Assembly: GCA_019244185.1 (NCBI GenBank)
Contig: JAFATB010000022.1
Span: 224,001-288,000, forward strand
Direction: 5' to 3'
Origin: Acidobacteriota bacterium
GTDB lineage: Bacteria; Acidobacteriota; Thermoanaerobaculia; Gp7-AA8
Length of the DNA: 64,000 nt
A model generated the notes under the pieces. It saw nothing but the letters and a program-made list of their open reading frames with translations. It did not search any database and had not been told where the DNA came from. Shown here in pieces: positions 38,419 through 47,770 of this stretch (its first letter is position 1; each line of letters starts with the position of its first letter). The position numbers and the translations under genes were made by a program.

Positions 38419-40089
38419 ATGTTCATCGACTTTCTCCGTCTGCTGGCTCTCCCTCTTGCCGGCATCGCGCTTTTCCTCCTTTACCGCTTCACGGAATCCG
38501 GCGACAGGCGGATTTCCATCCTCGTCGCCGCCGGCTTTTTGTCGCGCGCGCTCGTCGGCCAGGCGCTCTTCTGGATCTCGTATCTCCGCCTTCCGGTGGG
38601 CCGCAGTCTACAAATCGGAGAAGGGCTCTGGTTTTTTGCCCAGGACGGCGTGATGTACGCGGGAACCGCGACCGCCGCCGCCCAACACGGCCTCGACGCG
38701 ATTCTGCGCATGTTCCGCGGCACCTCGTCCGTGTCGTACGTGCAGACCCTGTCGCTCTTCACGCTGCTCTTCGGGAACGCGGTCTCGGTGTCGCTGCTCC
38801 TCAACCTCTTCTGCTATGCCGCCACGTGCGCGATCCTCGTCCGCTGGGCCGAGGCCGTGCCGTCGACGCGGCAGGCCGTGCTGCTGGCGATCGCGGCAAT
38901 CAGCCTCTCACCGGCCGGCATCCTCTGGTCGTTTCAGCCGCTCAAGGAATCGTTCTTCCAGTTTCTCGTGATCGGCTTCGTCGCTGCGTGTTTCCTCTGG
39001 CAGCGCGCGTGGCGCACCGGCGGTCCGTCCGCGAGAACGCTCCTCGGCGCGGCAGCGGCGATGTTCGCGACCTGCTATCTCGCGAGCGGCGTCCGCTGGT
39101 ACATCGGGCTGGCGCTCCTTCTCGCGGCCGCGCTCTTTCTGATGCTCGTCGCGCTCGGCGTGCGCGCGCGCAAGGTGGCTGCGTTCGCCAGCGCTCTCGT
39201 CGTCATCTTCGTGCTGACGCGCACGTTCCTCTTCGCCGCGGACGCGTACGTGCCGCCCGTGATGGCGCGCGCGCTGCGCTTCAATCTCACCTCTGCCGCC
39301 GACGTGCCGAGCGACGTCGAGCGTTACGTCGAGGCGACCCGGAGCGGTTTCGAGCGGACGGGCGGTAAGACGGCGATCCGCACGACCGCGGCGCCGCCGC
39401 CGGTACCTCCACCCACGCGCGCCTCTGTGAACGCACCGCCGAGCCCGCCCGCGGCCTTGACGCCGGTTGCAACGACTGCGGCGACGTCTACGAGGTCCAC
39501 CACGGTCGCCACGACGAGCGCGAATGCGCCGAGCCCGGTGCCCGCTCCGAAACCCGCCACACCGCCCACGACGGTGGCGACGAACGCCAAACCCGCGGTC
39601 ACCGCCACCGCGACCTCCGAGGCGAAGCCGACCGTCGTCGTTTTCTACGTCCCGCGGCGCGTTCCTGAATCGCGCGCGCGTCGTCTGCTGTCGGGCGCCG
39701 CCGCTGCCGCGCTGCCGCGCACGATCGGCGAGCGCCTCGGCCTCGTGAACATCGGCTCGAGCGCGCACGGCGCGTTCTGGCTGTTCGTCGACGTCGACAC
39801 GCTCTTCTTCGATCTGGTGCTCCTCGCCGCCGGCGCGAGCGTCTTCCTCGGATTTCGCAACGGCTGGTATCGCAACGCGCTCTTCTGGCTCGTGCTCGTG
39901 CTGACGCTCGTCACCGGCGTGCTGCTCGTCTATACGGTCACGAACTTCGGCACGCTCTTCCGCTTGCGGGCGATGATCTTCAACACGCTCGTGCTGCTCC
40001 CGCTCGCCGTCGCCACGGTTCCCGTGCGGGAGCCGGACGCGCTGCCCGAGCCGGCCGCCGGAGGAGCCCTGAGCACGGAGCAGGCTTGA
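38419..40089 (+). CDS. Polytopic membrane protein (Wzy/GT-C-like) with a long Pro/Thr/Ala-rich loop
   Basis: About 11 TM segments; FFAQDG..Y, LKES, TNFGTLFRLR; low-complexity insert at ~39385-39630. Confidence 0.65.
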   Translation: MFIDFLRLLALPLAGIALFLLYRFTESGDRRISILVAAGFLSRALVGQALFWISYLRLPVGRSLQIGEGLWFFAQDGVMYAGTATAAAQHGLDAILRMFRGTSSVSYVQTLSLFTLLFGNAVSVSLLLNLFCYAATCAILVRWAEAVPSTRQAVLLAIAAISLSPAGILWSFQPLKESFFQFLVIGFVAACFLWQRAWRTGGPSARTLLGAAAAMFATCYLASGVRWYIGLALLLAAALFLMLVALGVRARKVAAFASALVVIFVLTRTFLFAADAYVPPVMARALRFNLTSAADVPSDVERYVEATRSGFERTGGKTAIRTTAAPPPVPPPTRASVNAPPSPPAALTPVATTAATSTRSTTVATTSANAPSPVPAPKPATPPTTVATNAKPAVTATATSEAKPTVVVFYVPRRVPESRARRLLSGAAAAALPRTIGERLGLVNIGSSAHGAFWLFVDVDTLFFDLVLLAAGASVFLGFRNGWYRNALFWLVLVLTLVTGVLLVYTVTNFGTLFRLRAMIFNTLVLLPLAVATVPVREPDALPEPAAGGALSTEQA

Positions 40090-40931
40090 GCGCGACCGGC
40101 GGCAACATCGACGAGCAGGTCGTCCGCGGCTTCGGCGACGAATGGACGCGCTTCGATCAGTCCGCGCTCTCCGACGCGGAGCTGCGCGCGATGTACGACC
40201 CGTACTTTGCGATCTTTTCGTGGGACGCGCTGCCGCACGACGCCGCCGGCTTCGACGCGGGCTGCGGCACCGGACGCTGGGCGCGCTTCGTCGCGCCGCG
40301 CGTCGGACGCATTCTCTGCGTCGACGCGAGCGAGGACGCGCTGAACGTCGCGCGCCGCAATCTCGCGTCATCGCGCAACGCGGAGTTCGTCCACGCGCCG
40401 ATCGAGCGCATGCCGATCGCCGATGCCTCGCTCGACTTCGGCTACTCCCTCGGTGTGCTGCATCATCTGCCCGACACCGCCGCCGCGATCCGCACGTGCG
40501 TCGCGAAGCTGAAGCCGGGCGCGCCGTTCCTCATCTATCTCTACTACGCGTTCGACAACCGGCCGCTCTGGTTCAAAGCGATCTGGCGCGCGTCGGAGCT
40601 CATCCGCACGACGGTCTCGCGCCTGCCGCACGCGCTGCGTTACGCGATCAGCCAGCTGCTCGCCGCCGTCGTGTACTGGCCGCTCGCGCGCCTCGCACGG
40701 CGCCTCGAGCGCGCGGGCAAGAACGTCGCGAACTTCCCGCTCGCGTACTACCGCGACCGCAGCTTCTACGTGATGCGCAACGACGCGCTCGACCGCTTCG
40801 GCACGAAGCTCGAGCAACGCTTCACGCGCGCGCAGATCGAACGGATGCTGCGCGACGCGGGTCTCGAGCGCATCCGCTTCAGCGATGCCGCGCCGTACTG
40901 GTGCGCGGTCGGCTTCCGCGGCGTCAGTTGA
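40086..40931 (+). CDS. Class I SAM-dependent methyltransferase
   Basis: FGDEW, FDAGCGTGRW, GVLHHLPD, LKPG. Confidence 0.88.
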   Translation: MSATGGNIDEQVVRGFGDEWTRFDQSALSDAELRAMYDPYFAIFSWDALPHDAAGFDAGCGTGRWARFVAPRVGRILCVDASEDALNVARRNLASSRNAEFVHAPIERMPIADASLDFGYSLGVLHHLPDTAAAIRTCVAKLKPGAPFLIYLYYAFDNRPLWFKAIWRASELIRTTVSRLPHALRYAISQLLAAVVYWPLARLARRLERAGKNVANFPLAYYRDRSFYVMRNDALDRFGTKLEQRFTRAQIERMLRDAGLERIRFSDAAPYWCAVGFRGVS

Positions 40932-42855
40932 ACGACTGAGGAACAGCCCGGTGGTGGGAGGCGATGACGAGCTTCTCGTCCACCGGCACGATGGGCGGCG
41001 CGGGGATGTCGGTGTCGCGCGACGGCAGCACCCAACCGAGCTCCGAGTCGGCGACACGCTCGATCTCCAGCGAGAGGCGCTTGACGGGCGCGCCGGCAGT
41101 CTCGCATTCGGCAAGGATGGCGCGTACCTTCAGATTCGGCAGCGCCTGCGTGGAGAGGAACACCTCGTCCGCGCGCGTGCGGCGCACGAGCTCGGCGAGC
41201 GGCTCGCGTCCCGAATGCACTGGCAGTCCGTGCATGACCTTGCCGGCCTTCCGCGGATCGTCGTCGACGAACGCCACCGGCAGGTAGCCGAGCTCCGTGT
41301 TGTTCGTCAGCTCGCGCCACAACAGCTCGCCGCCGTCGCCCGCGCCGTAGATCAGCACGCGCTTGCCGGTGCGCGCGTGCGGCACGCCAAGGGAGCGGCG
41401 GAGCAGGCGGAACGCGAAGCGGCTGCCGGTGAGGAACATCAGCAGCAGCAGCGCGTCGAGCACGAACGCGGTGCGCGAGAAGCCGTCGAAGCGGAACGCG
41501 AAGACGACCAGCACGAGCGTGGCCACCGAGCTCACCGACACCGCTTTGCTGAACAACACGACGTCCGACATACCCGCGTACTTCCAGAGGCCGCGATAGA
41601 CGCCGACGGCGAGGAACGTCGCCAGCTTGATGAAGACGATCGCCGGCAGCGTCTTGAGGAAGAGCTGCCAGTCGGGAGAGCCGGTGCGCGCGGTGCCGAA
41701 GAGCATGCGGTACGACGCGTAGTAGGCGAGCACGATCAGCACGACGTCGAGCGCGACCTCGAAGATGCGCCGCTTGTACGAGAGATCGACGAGGAAGGCC
41801 ACGAGCGGTTTCTGCTGCGCCGCAGAGATCTCGGTTTCGCTGTAGACGCGGACGCCGCCGAGGTAGACGCCGAGGATGCCGAGGACGATCGCGAAGCCGG
41901 CGATCGTGGCCATGCTCACGTCGAGGTCCATGCGCCGCACGGACACCGCCAGCGCGCCGCCGAGGATCGCGAAACCGTAGAGCATCCACACCGCTTTCCG
42001 TTCGGAGAGACCGAGCGCGACGAGACGGTGCGAGGTGTGATCGCGGCCGCCCTGCGACGCCGCGCGTCCGGCCAGCTTGCGCATCAGCGTCACGAACGTC
42101 GTGTCGAAGATGGGGATGCATAGCACGAGCACCGGCACCGCGAGCACGGCCAGAACGCTGCGCGAGCGTCCGCCGCCGCCGCTCTCGGCCATCAGCGCCG
42201 TGCTGGCCAGGAAGAAGCCGACGAACATCGAGCCGCAGTCGCCCATGAAAATCGACGCGGGGTTGTGGTTGTAGATGAGGAAGCCGCCCAGCGCGCCGAA
42301 GAACGCCGACAGCATCAGCGCCTCGGTGAACTGCCCGTTGAGGAAGAAGTTCGTCGCCAGCGACAGCGCCGCGATCGCCGCGACGCCGGCCGAGAGGCCG
42401 TCCATGTTGTCCAGCATGTTCACGGCGTTCGTCACGCCGACCAGCCAGAAGAACGTGATGATCATGTTCAGCACGAACGAGCCGGTCCACGGCAGCACGA
42501 GGCCGAAGTAGACGACCGCGGACGCGCCGAGCAACTGCCCGATCAGCTTCTGGTAGGGCTTGAGATGGAGGAAGTCATCGATGAGACCGACCGCGAACAG
42601 CGCGGAGCTCGCGGCGATGACGACCCAGCTCTGCCTCGTGTGCGGTGCGATGACGACCGTGGAGATCGTGGCGAGGTAGATCGCCACGCCGCCCATCATC
42701 GCCGTCGGCTTGCGGTGCCAGCGGTCTTTCTTCGGAGCCGCGACCGCGCCGATGCGCCGCGCGAACGCGCGTACCGCGGGCGTGACGAGCACGGCGGCCA
42801 GAAACGCCGCCAGCGCCGTGGCGACGATCGTCGTCATGGTGGTCGGGAAGATCAT
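40924..42855 (-). CDS. WecA/MraY-family undecaprenyl-phosphate sugar-1-phosphate transferase fused to a TM plus Rossmann-like (CapD N-terminal-like) domain
   Basis: GLIDD, NAVNMLDNMDGL, IFMGDCGS, DHTSHRL; then VLIYGAGDGG, FVDDD. Confidence 0.85.
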   Translation of the reverse strand: MIFPTTMTTIVATALAAFLAAVLVTPAVRAFARRIGAVAAPKKDRWHRKPTAMMGGVAIYLATISTVVIAPHTRQSWVVIAASSALFAVGLIDDFLHLKPYQKLIGQLLGASAVVYFGLVLPWTGSFVLNMIITFFWLVGVTNAVNMLDNMDGLSAGVAAIAALSLATNFFLNGQFTEALMLSAFFGALGGFLIYNHNPASIFMGDCGSMFVGFFLASTALMAESGGGGRSRSVLAVLAVPVLVLCIPIFDTTFVTLMRKLAGRAASQGGRDHTSHRLVALGLSERKAVWMLYGFAILGGALAVSVRRMDLDVSMATIAGFAIVLGILGVYLGGVRVYSETEISAAQQKPLVAFLVDLSYKRRIFEVALDVVLIVLAYYASYRMLFGTARTGSPDWQLFLKTLPAIVFIKLATFLAVGVYRGLWKYAGMSDVVLFSKAVSVSSVATLVLVVFAFRFDGFSRTAFVLDALLLLMFLTGSRFAFRLLRRSLGVPHARTGKRVLIYGAGDGGELLWRELTNNTELGYLPVAFVDDDPRKAGKVMHGLPVHSGREPLAELVRRTRADEVFLSTQALPNLKVRAILAECETAGAPVKRLSLEIERVADSELGWVLPSRDTDIPAPPIVPVDEKLVIASHHRAVPQSFN

Positions 42856-42952
42856 GCCCCGCAGCAGTTCCTTGTCCGCATGAGGTGAACGCCGACAAAG
42901 TTATTCGGTCGAGCGAAATTATGCAAGCGGCCGCTGCAACATACGTTGCCGC

Positions 42953-43918
42953 TCAGATGCGCTCGGAGTGGTAGGCGATGACCTGCTGAAGGATGCCGTC
43001 GAGTTTCGTCTTCGGCTGAAAGCCCACGAGCTTGCCGATCTTGCCGATGTCGGGCACGCGGCGCGGCATGTCCTCGAAGCCTTCCTCGTACGCCTCGCTG
43101 TACGGGATGTGCACGATCTCGGAAGTCGAGCCGGTGAGCTCGCGGATGCGCTCGGCGAGCTGGCCGATCGAGATCTCCTCGTTCGAGCCGATGTTGAAGA
43201 CCTGGCCGACGGCATCGTCGTGGTCCATGAGCCCCATCAGCGCGCCGACGACGTCGCCGACGTAGCCGAAGCAGCGCGTCTGCGTGCCGTCGCCGTAAAC
43301 CGTGAGCGGCCGTCCGGCGAGCGCCTGTTTGACGAGCGTCGGAATGACCATGCCGTACTGCCCCGTCTGCCGCGGGCCGACGGTGTTGAAGAGGCGCACG
43401 ACGATCGTGGGCAGCTTCTTCTCGCGCCAGTAGGCGAGGGCGAGGAACTCGTCGATCGCTTTCGAGCACGCGTAGCTCCAGCGCCCTTTCGTCGTCGCAC
43501 CCATGACGAGGTTGCCGTCTTCGCGAAACGGGACCTGCTCGCTGAGGCCGTAAACCTCGGACGTCGACGCGACGAGCACTTTCTTCTTCTTCTTGTTCGC
43601 CGCGGCGAGGACGATCTCCGTGCCGCGCACGTTCGTCTCGATGGTGCGCACCGGGCTCTCGACGATCAGCTTCACGCCGACGGCGGCCGCGAGATGGAAG
43701 ACGACGTCGCAGGTGTCGACGAGCTCGGCGAGCACGGGATAGTTCTGCACCGAGTCGATCGTGTAGTGAAAGCGCGGGTTGCGCTTGGCCTGCTGGATGT
43801 TGTCGATGCTGCCGGTGGAGAGGTCGTCGATGATGAAGACCTCGTCGCCGCGCTCGAGATACGCATCGGCGAGATGCGATCCGATGAACCCTGATCCGCC
43901 CGTGATGAGAACTCGCAA
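42953..43918 (-). CDS. NAD-dependent nucleotide-sugar epimerase/dehydratase (extended SDR)
   Basis: TTG start after AGGAG; ITGGSGFIG, HLAAAVG, ASTSEVYG, YACSK, RLFNTVGPRQ. Confidence 0.9.
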   Translation of the reverse strand: MRVLITGGSGFIGSHLADAYLERGDEVFIIDDLSTGSIDNIQQAKRNPRFHYTIDSVQNYPVLAELVDTCDVVFHLAAAVGVKLIVESPVRTIETNVRGTEIVLAAANKKKKKVLVASTSEVYGLSEQVPFREDGNLVMGATTKGRWSYACSKAIDEFLALAYWREKKLPTIVVRLFNTVGPRQTGQYGMVIPTLVKQALAGRPLTVYGDGTQTRCFGYVGDVVGALMGLMDHDDAVGQVFNIGSNEEISIGQLAERIRELTGSTSEIVHIPYSEAYEEGFEDMPRRVPDIGKIGKLVGFQPKTKLDGILQQVIAYHSERI

Positions 43919-43920
43919 TG

Positions 43921-45165
43921 TCACTCCTGGGTGTTGGCTCGCGGATGCACCCGGAGCTCTCGGTATAGCCGGATTATATCGGCGACGAGCCGGTCCTTCG
44001 AATACGTCGCGTGCGCGAATGCTTTGCCGCGCTCCGAGAAGCGCGCGCGCAACGCTGCATCCGTCGCAAGCCGCCGCAAGCCCGCCGCGAAGCCGCGCTC
44101 GTCGTTCGACGCCGCGGTGACGCCGCGCTCGCGGATCTCGTATGCGACGCCGTCGCGTTCGACGCGCTCTTCGATGCGGCCGAGCACGTCGACGACGCCG
44201 CCCACCGCGGTGCTGATCGCCGGGAGGCCCGCGGCGAGCGCCTCGATGAGCGTGAGCGGCGTGCCTTCGTTCAGCGACGTCAGCGCGGCGATGTCGATCG
44301 ACGCGTAGATCTCGTCGATCGTGCGCGTGCCGGCGAACTCCATCCGCGCGCCGAGGCCGAGCTCCCGCGCGCGACGCTCGAGCGCGACGCGCTCGCTGCC
44401 GTCGCCGTACGCGACGAAACGCAGCGATGCGTCCGCGAGCGCGGCGGCGACGCGGAGAAAGAGCTCGTGGTTCTTGATCGGCGCGAGCCGGCCGACAATT
44501 CCGGCGACCAGCGGCTCGTGCTGATGCGGCGGCACATCGCACGACGTGAGATCGAGTCCGAGCGGAATGACGCGGAACTGCTCCGCGCGGCCCACGCCGA
44601 AGGTCTCGTGAATCTCGCGCCGCTGCTGGTCGCTGATCGTGACGATGACGTCGGTCGTGAATCGCGCGAGCAGTTTCTCGATCGTGAGGAACACGCGCGT
44701 CTTCAACCGGCCGTAGTAGCTGTGGAAGACGTGGCCGTGAAACGTGTGCACGAAGCGCACGCGGCGCGGGCGTCCGATGAGCGTGCCGGGCGTGAGCCAG
44801 CGATAGAGCCAGCCCGCGATGCGGCCCGCGGTCCCGGCTTTGGCGGTGTGCGTATGGATGATGTCGGGGCGGAAGCGCTTGAAAAAGCGGAAGAGCTTCA
44901 CGACCGTCACGAGGTCGCGCGGCGAGATCTCGCGGCTCATCTCCGGGATCACGACCGGCGCGACGCCGTGCGCGTGCGCGAACGCGCTCATGTCCTCTTC
45001 GCCGGGCGGCACGATGCCGGTGATGAGCGCGGTCTCGAATTCGCCGTGCGACGCCGCGGGCGCCAGCGCTTCCGACAGCCAGACCACGTGGCGCGCGGGA
45101 CCGCCGACGTTGAGCCGCGCGATGATGCGCGCGATGCGCAGCGGCCGCGGCTCAGCGCGGCGCAC
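43921..45165 (-). CDS. Glycosyltransferase family 4
   Basis: IIARLNVGGPA, HTHTAKAG, HTFHGH, GRLAPIKN, SLNEGTP..LIEA. Confidence 0.9.
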   Translation of the reverse strand: MRRAEPRPLRIARIIARLNVGGPARHVVWLSEALAPAASHGEFETALITGIVPPGEEDMSAFAHAHGVAPVVIPEMSREISPRDLVTVVKLFRFFKRFRPDIIHTHTAKAGTAGRIAGWLYRWLTPGTLIGRPRRVRFVHTFHGHVFHSYYGRLKTRVFLTIEKLLARFTTDVIVTISDQQRREIHETFGVGRAEQFRVIPLGLDLTSCDVPPHQHEPLVAGIVGRLAPIKNHELFLRVAAALADASLRFVAYGDGSERVALERRARELGLGARMEFAGTRTIDEIYASIDIAALTSLNEGTPLTLIEALAAGLPAISTAVGGVVDVLGRIEERVERDGVAYEIRERGVTAASNDERGFAAGLRRLATDAALRARFSERGKAFAHATYSKDRLVADIIRLYRELRVHPRANTQE

Positions 45166-45643
45166 GAAGCCGTTCCTGCACGCGCCGCAGCACTTCCTCC
45201 GACTGGATGATCTCGAGGACGTTCGAGCGGAAGCGCGCGGCGGTGGCGTAGTTCTCGGCGGCATCGTCGGTGCGGCCGAGGCGCACGTCAGCGTCGCCGA
45301 TGGCGACGTAGAACTCCGGACGGCGATCGATCTTCAGCGCGTCCTGCATCACCGGAATGATCTCGTCGTAGCGGCCGAGGCGATCGAGCGTTGCGCCGAT
45401 CATCGTGTACGCGCGCGGCTCGGTGGGGCAGCGGTCGCGCAGCGCATAGAGGTCGGTGAGGTTCTCGCGCGCCATCGCCGTCGCGGCCACGTCGTCCTTC
45501 ATGTCGAGCATCGTCGCGGTGCGGTTGCGGAGATCGGTCACCATGAGATCGCATGCGTACGGCGCGTAAACCCAAACGCGAAACGCGTACACGCAGAACG
45601 CCGCCACGGCGGTGACGATCGCGATGCGCGCGATGCGACTCAC
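45152..45643 (-). CDS. Membrane-anchored TPR protein
   Basis: GTG start overlaps the ligase stop; N-terminal TM then TPR-like helices (AY..IG..L..LGRYDE; IGDA..RLGRTDDA..Y). Confidence 0.7.
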   Translation of the reverse strand: MSRIARIAIVTAVAAFCVYAFRVWVYAPYACDLMVTDLRNRTATMLDMKDDVAATAMARENLTDLYALRDRCPTEPRAYTMIGATLDRLGRYDEIIPVMQDALKIDRRPEFYVAIGDADVRLGRTDDAAENYATAARFRSNVLEIIQSEEVLRRVQERLRAPR

Positions 45644-46893
45644 AACTCGCTCCAGCCGGCCAGCAGCGCGCCGAACGAGACGATGAGCTCCCGCGTCACC
45701 GCGACCTGCAACGGAAACTGCGCGAGACAGAGCACGAGCAGCGTGCCCCCGAGCGGCAGCGCGACGCGCGCGGCCAAACGCGTGCGCGCGTGGTCGAGCG
45801 TCGTCACGCGCCGAGCGGTGAAGACGATCGCGATCACGATCGCGAGGAACAGCGCGTAGCCGACGACGCCCGTCTCCGCGAGCGTCTGCAGATGATCGTT
45901 GTGCGTCTCGCCGAAGTTCGTGCCGCTCTGCTCGACGAGCGACGGCGGATACCGCTGCTCGACGCGCACGATGTACGGCATGTAGTGGTACTTGTACGTG
46001 CCCGGCCCCATGCCGGTGAGCGGCCGGTCGCGCGTCATCTCGATCGCGGCGAGCGCCGCCGACACGCGCTCGGACGCGACGACGTTGAGCTGCCCCTGCG
46101 CGATCGCGCGCGGCACCGCGATGAGCGAGGTCACGGCGCGCATGTGCAGCGCGAGCGCGAGTCCGAGTGCGAGCGCGAGTCCGGCCACGAGCAGCAGCGC
46201 GCGCTTCCACGAGCGGCCGATGCTGATCAGCACGACGCCGGCCGCGAGTCCGACGACGGCCGTGCGCGTCTGCGAGAACAGCACGCCGCCCGCGCCGGCG
46301 ATCGCACCGCACGCGTAGAGCCACCGACGCACGCCCGGCACTTCGATCGCCGCGACGATGAGGATCACGACGTTCAGCGCGAGGAACGTCCCGACGATGT
46401 TCGGGTTGCCGAGGCACGCCGTCGCGCGCATGTGCATCGGCATCCGCGGCGAGACCGTGAACGGATTCCAGCGCCCGGTCTCCTGCAGAAAGGCGAGCAT
46501 CGTGTTGAGCACGGTCGCGGGCACGAGCACATCGATCATCACGAGGCCGATCGCGCGCGCGCCGTACCAGACCGTGAGAAAGACGAGCGCCGCCGCGATC
46601 CACGTGACCAGCACCGGCACGCTCAGCAGACGGTTCGTCGAGATGAGCGTCGTGAATGAGATCCAGACGATGCCCGCCGCGATGATGCCGAGGAGCTCAC
46701 GGCGCCGCGCCAGCGTCCGCAACCGCTCGCGATCGCCGAACGTGGCCGCGATCGTGAGCAGCAGCAACCCGAGGAGCGCCTCGGTGCGCATCGCCGATTC
46801 TTTGATCGTGCGGAAGCGGTCGATCTGATCGGCGGCGACGATGAACGGCACGAGCGCAACGCCCGCCACGGCCAGCGTCGCCGCGGCGTTCAC
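45640..46893 (-). CDS. O-antigen ligase / O-oligosaccharyltransferase family protein (Wzy_C)
   Basis: LGNPN, SQTRT, PLTGMGPG, THNDHLQ..AETG; start uncertain. Confidence 0.85.
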   Translation of the reverse strand: MNAAATLAVAGVALVPFIVAADQIDRFRTIKESAMRTEALLGLLLLTIAATFGDRERLRTLARRRELLGIIAAGIVWISFTTLISTNRLLSVPVLVTWIAAALVFLTVWYGARAIGLVMIDVLVPATVLNTMLAFLQETGRWNPFTVSPRMPMHMRATACLGNPNIVGTFLALNVVILIVAAIEVPGVRRWLYACGAIAGAGGVLFSQTRTAVVGLAAGVVLISIGRSWKRALLLVAGLALALGLALALHMRAVTSLIAVPRAIAQGQLNVVASERVSAALAAIEMTRDRPLTGMGPGTYKYHYMPYIVRVEQRYPPSLVEQSGTNFGETHNDHLQTLAETGVVGYALFLAIVIAIVFTARRVTTLDHARTRLAARVALPLGGTLLVLCLAQFPLQVAVTRELIVSFGALLAGWSEL

Positions 46894-47008
46894 GGTCCAG
46901 TCGCGATCGGAGAAAAGTGCGATTTTGCGCAGCGGCGGGAGTATAGCGGACGCGGCGCGGCGGCGAAGGAAGAGGGCGCGGCGGCGCCCGCGTTTCCCCT
47001 CCGCGAGC

Positions 47009-47758
47009 ATGCAGCCGTTCGGCCCGCACACGATCAAGCGCATGTCGCGCGACGAGCTCGCCGAGTTCGTCAGCGACACGCTGCGCAGCCTCACCGAAGA
47101 GGAAACGCTCGCGGTGATCGCGAACCCCTACGTCACGCCGCAGCTCCTCGGCAAGATCGCGCAGACGCAGCGGCTCACCGGCTACTACTCCGTCCGCCTC
47201 GAGCTTGTCGCACACCGGCAGACGCCGCAGGCGCACGCGACGAAGCTCGTGCACTACCTCTACTGGATGGACCTCGTGCGGCTGTCCGTCGAGGTCACGA
47301 TTCCGGCGCCCGTGCGGCGCGCGATCGACACGCAGCTGCTCAACCGCGTCGAGAAGCTCAGCCTCGGCGAGCGCGTCGCGTCCGCGCGCCGCTGCAGCCA
47401 CGCCCTCATCAAGCACTTCCTCTTCGATCCGCATCCGCGCGTCTTCGAGGCGCTGCTCGTCAACAAGCGCCTGCGCGAAGACGATCTCGTCGCGCTCGCG
47501 AGCTCGCCGCATGCGACGCCGGAGAAGCTGACGATGCTCGCCGCCGATCTCAAATGGTCGTACCGCTACGCGATCCGCAAGGCGCTCGTGCTCAATCCGC
47601 TCACGCCGCGCGCCGCGGCGGCGTCGCAGCTGCGCTATCTGTCGCGCGTCGACCTGCGGCACATTCACGCCAATCCGCAGACGTCGGTTTATCTGCGGCG
47701 CTGCATCGAGCGCATTCGCCCGGAGGATTTTTCCGCCTCGGTCGAAGGGATTGAATAA
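47009..47758 (+). CDS. Hypothetical alpha-helical repeat protein (leucine-rich-repeat-variant-like NP.TP motifs)
   Basis: ANPYVTP, HRQTP, ALLVNKRLREDDL, ALVLNPLTP. Confidence 0.7.
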   Translation: MQPFGPHTIKRMSRDELAEFVSDTLRSLTEEETLAVIANPYVTPQLLGKIAQTQRLTGYYSVRLELVAHRQTPQAHATKLVHYLYWMDLVRLSVEVTIPAPVRRAIDTQLLNRVEKLSLGERVASARRCSHALIKHFLFDPHPRVFEALLVNKRLREDDLVALASSPHATPEKLTMLAADLKWSYRYAIRKALVLNPLTPRAAAASQLRYLSRVDLRHIHANPQTSVYLRRCIERIRPEDFSASVEGIE

Positions 47759-47770
47759 AATGCCCGGCGG

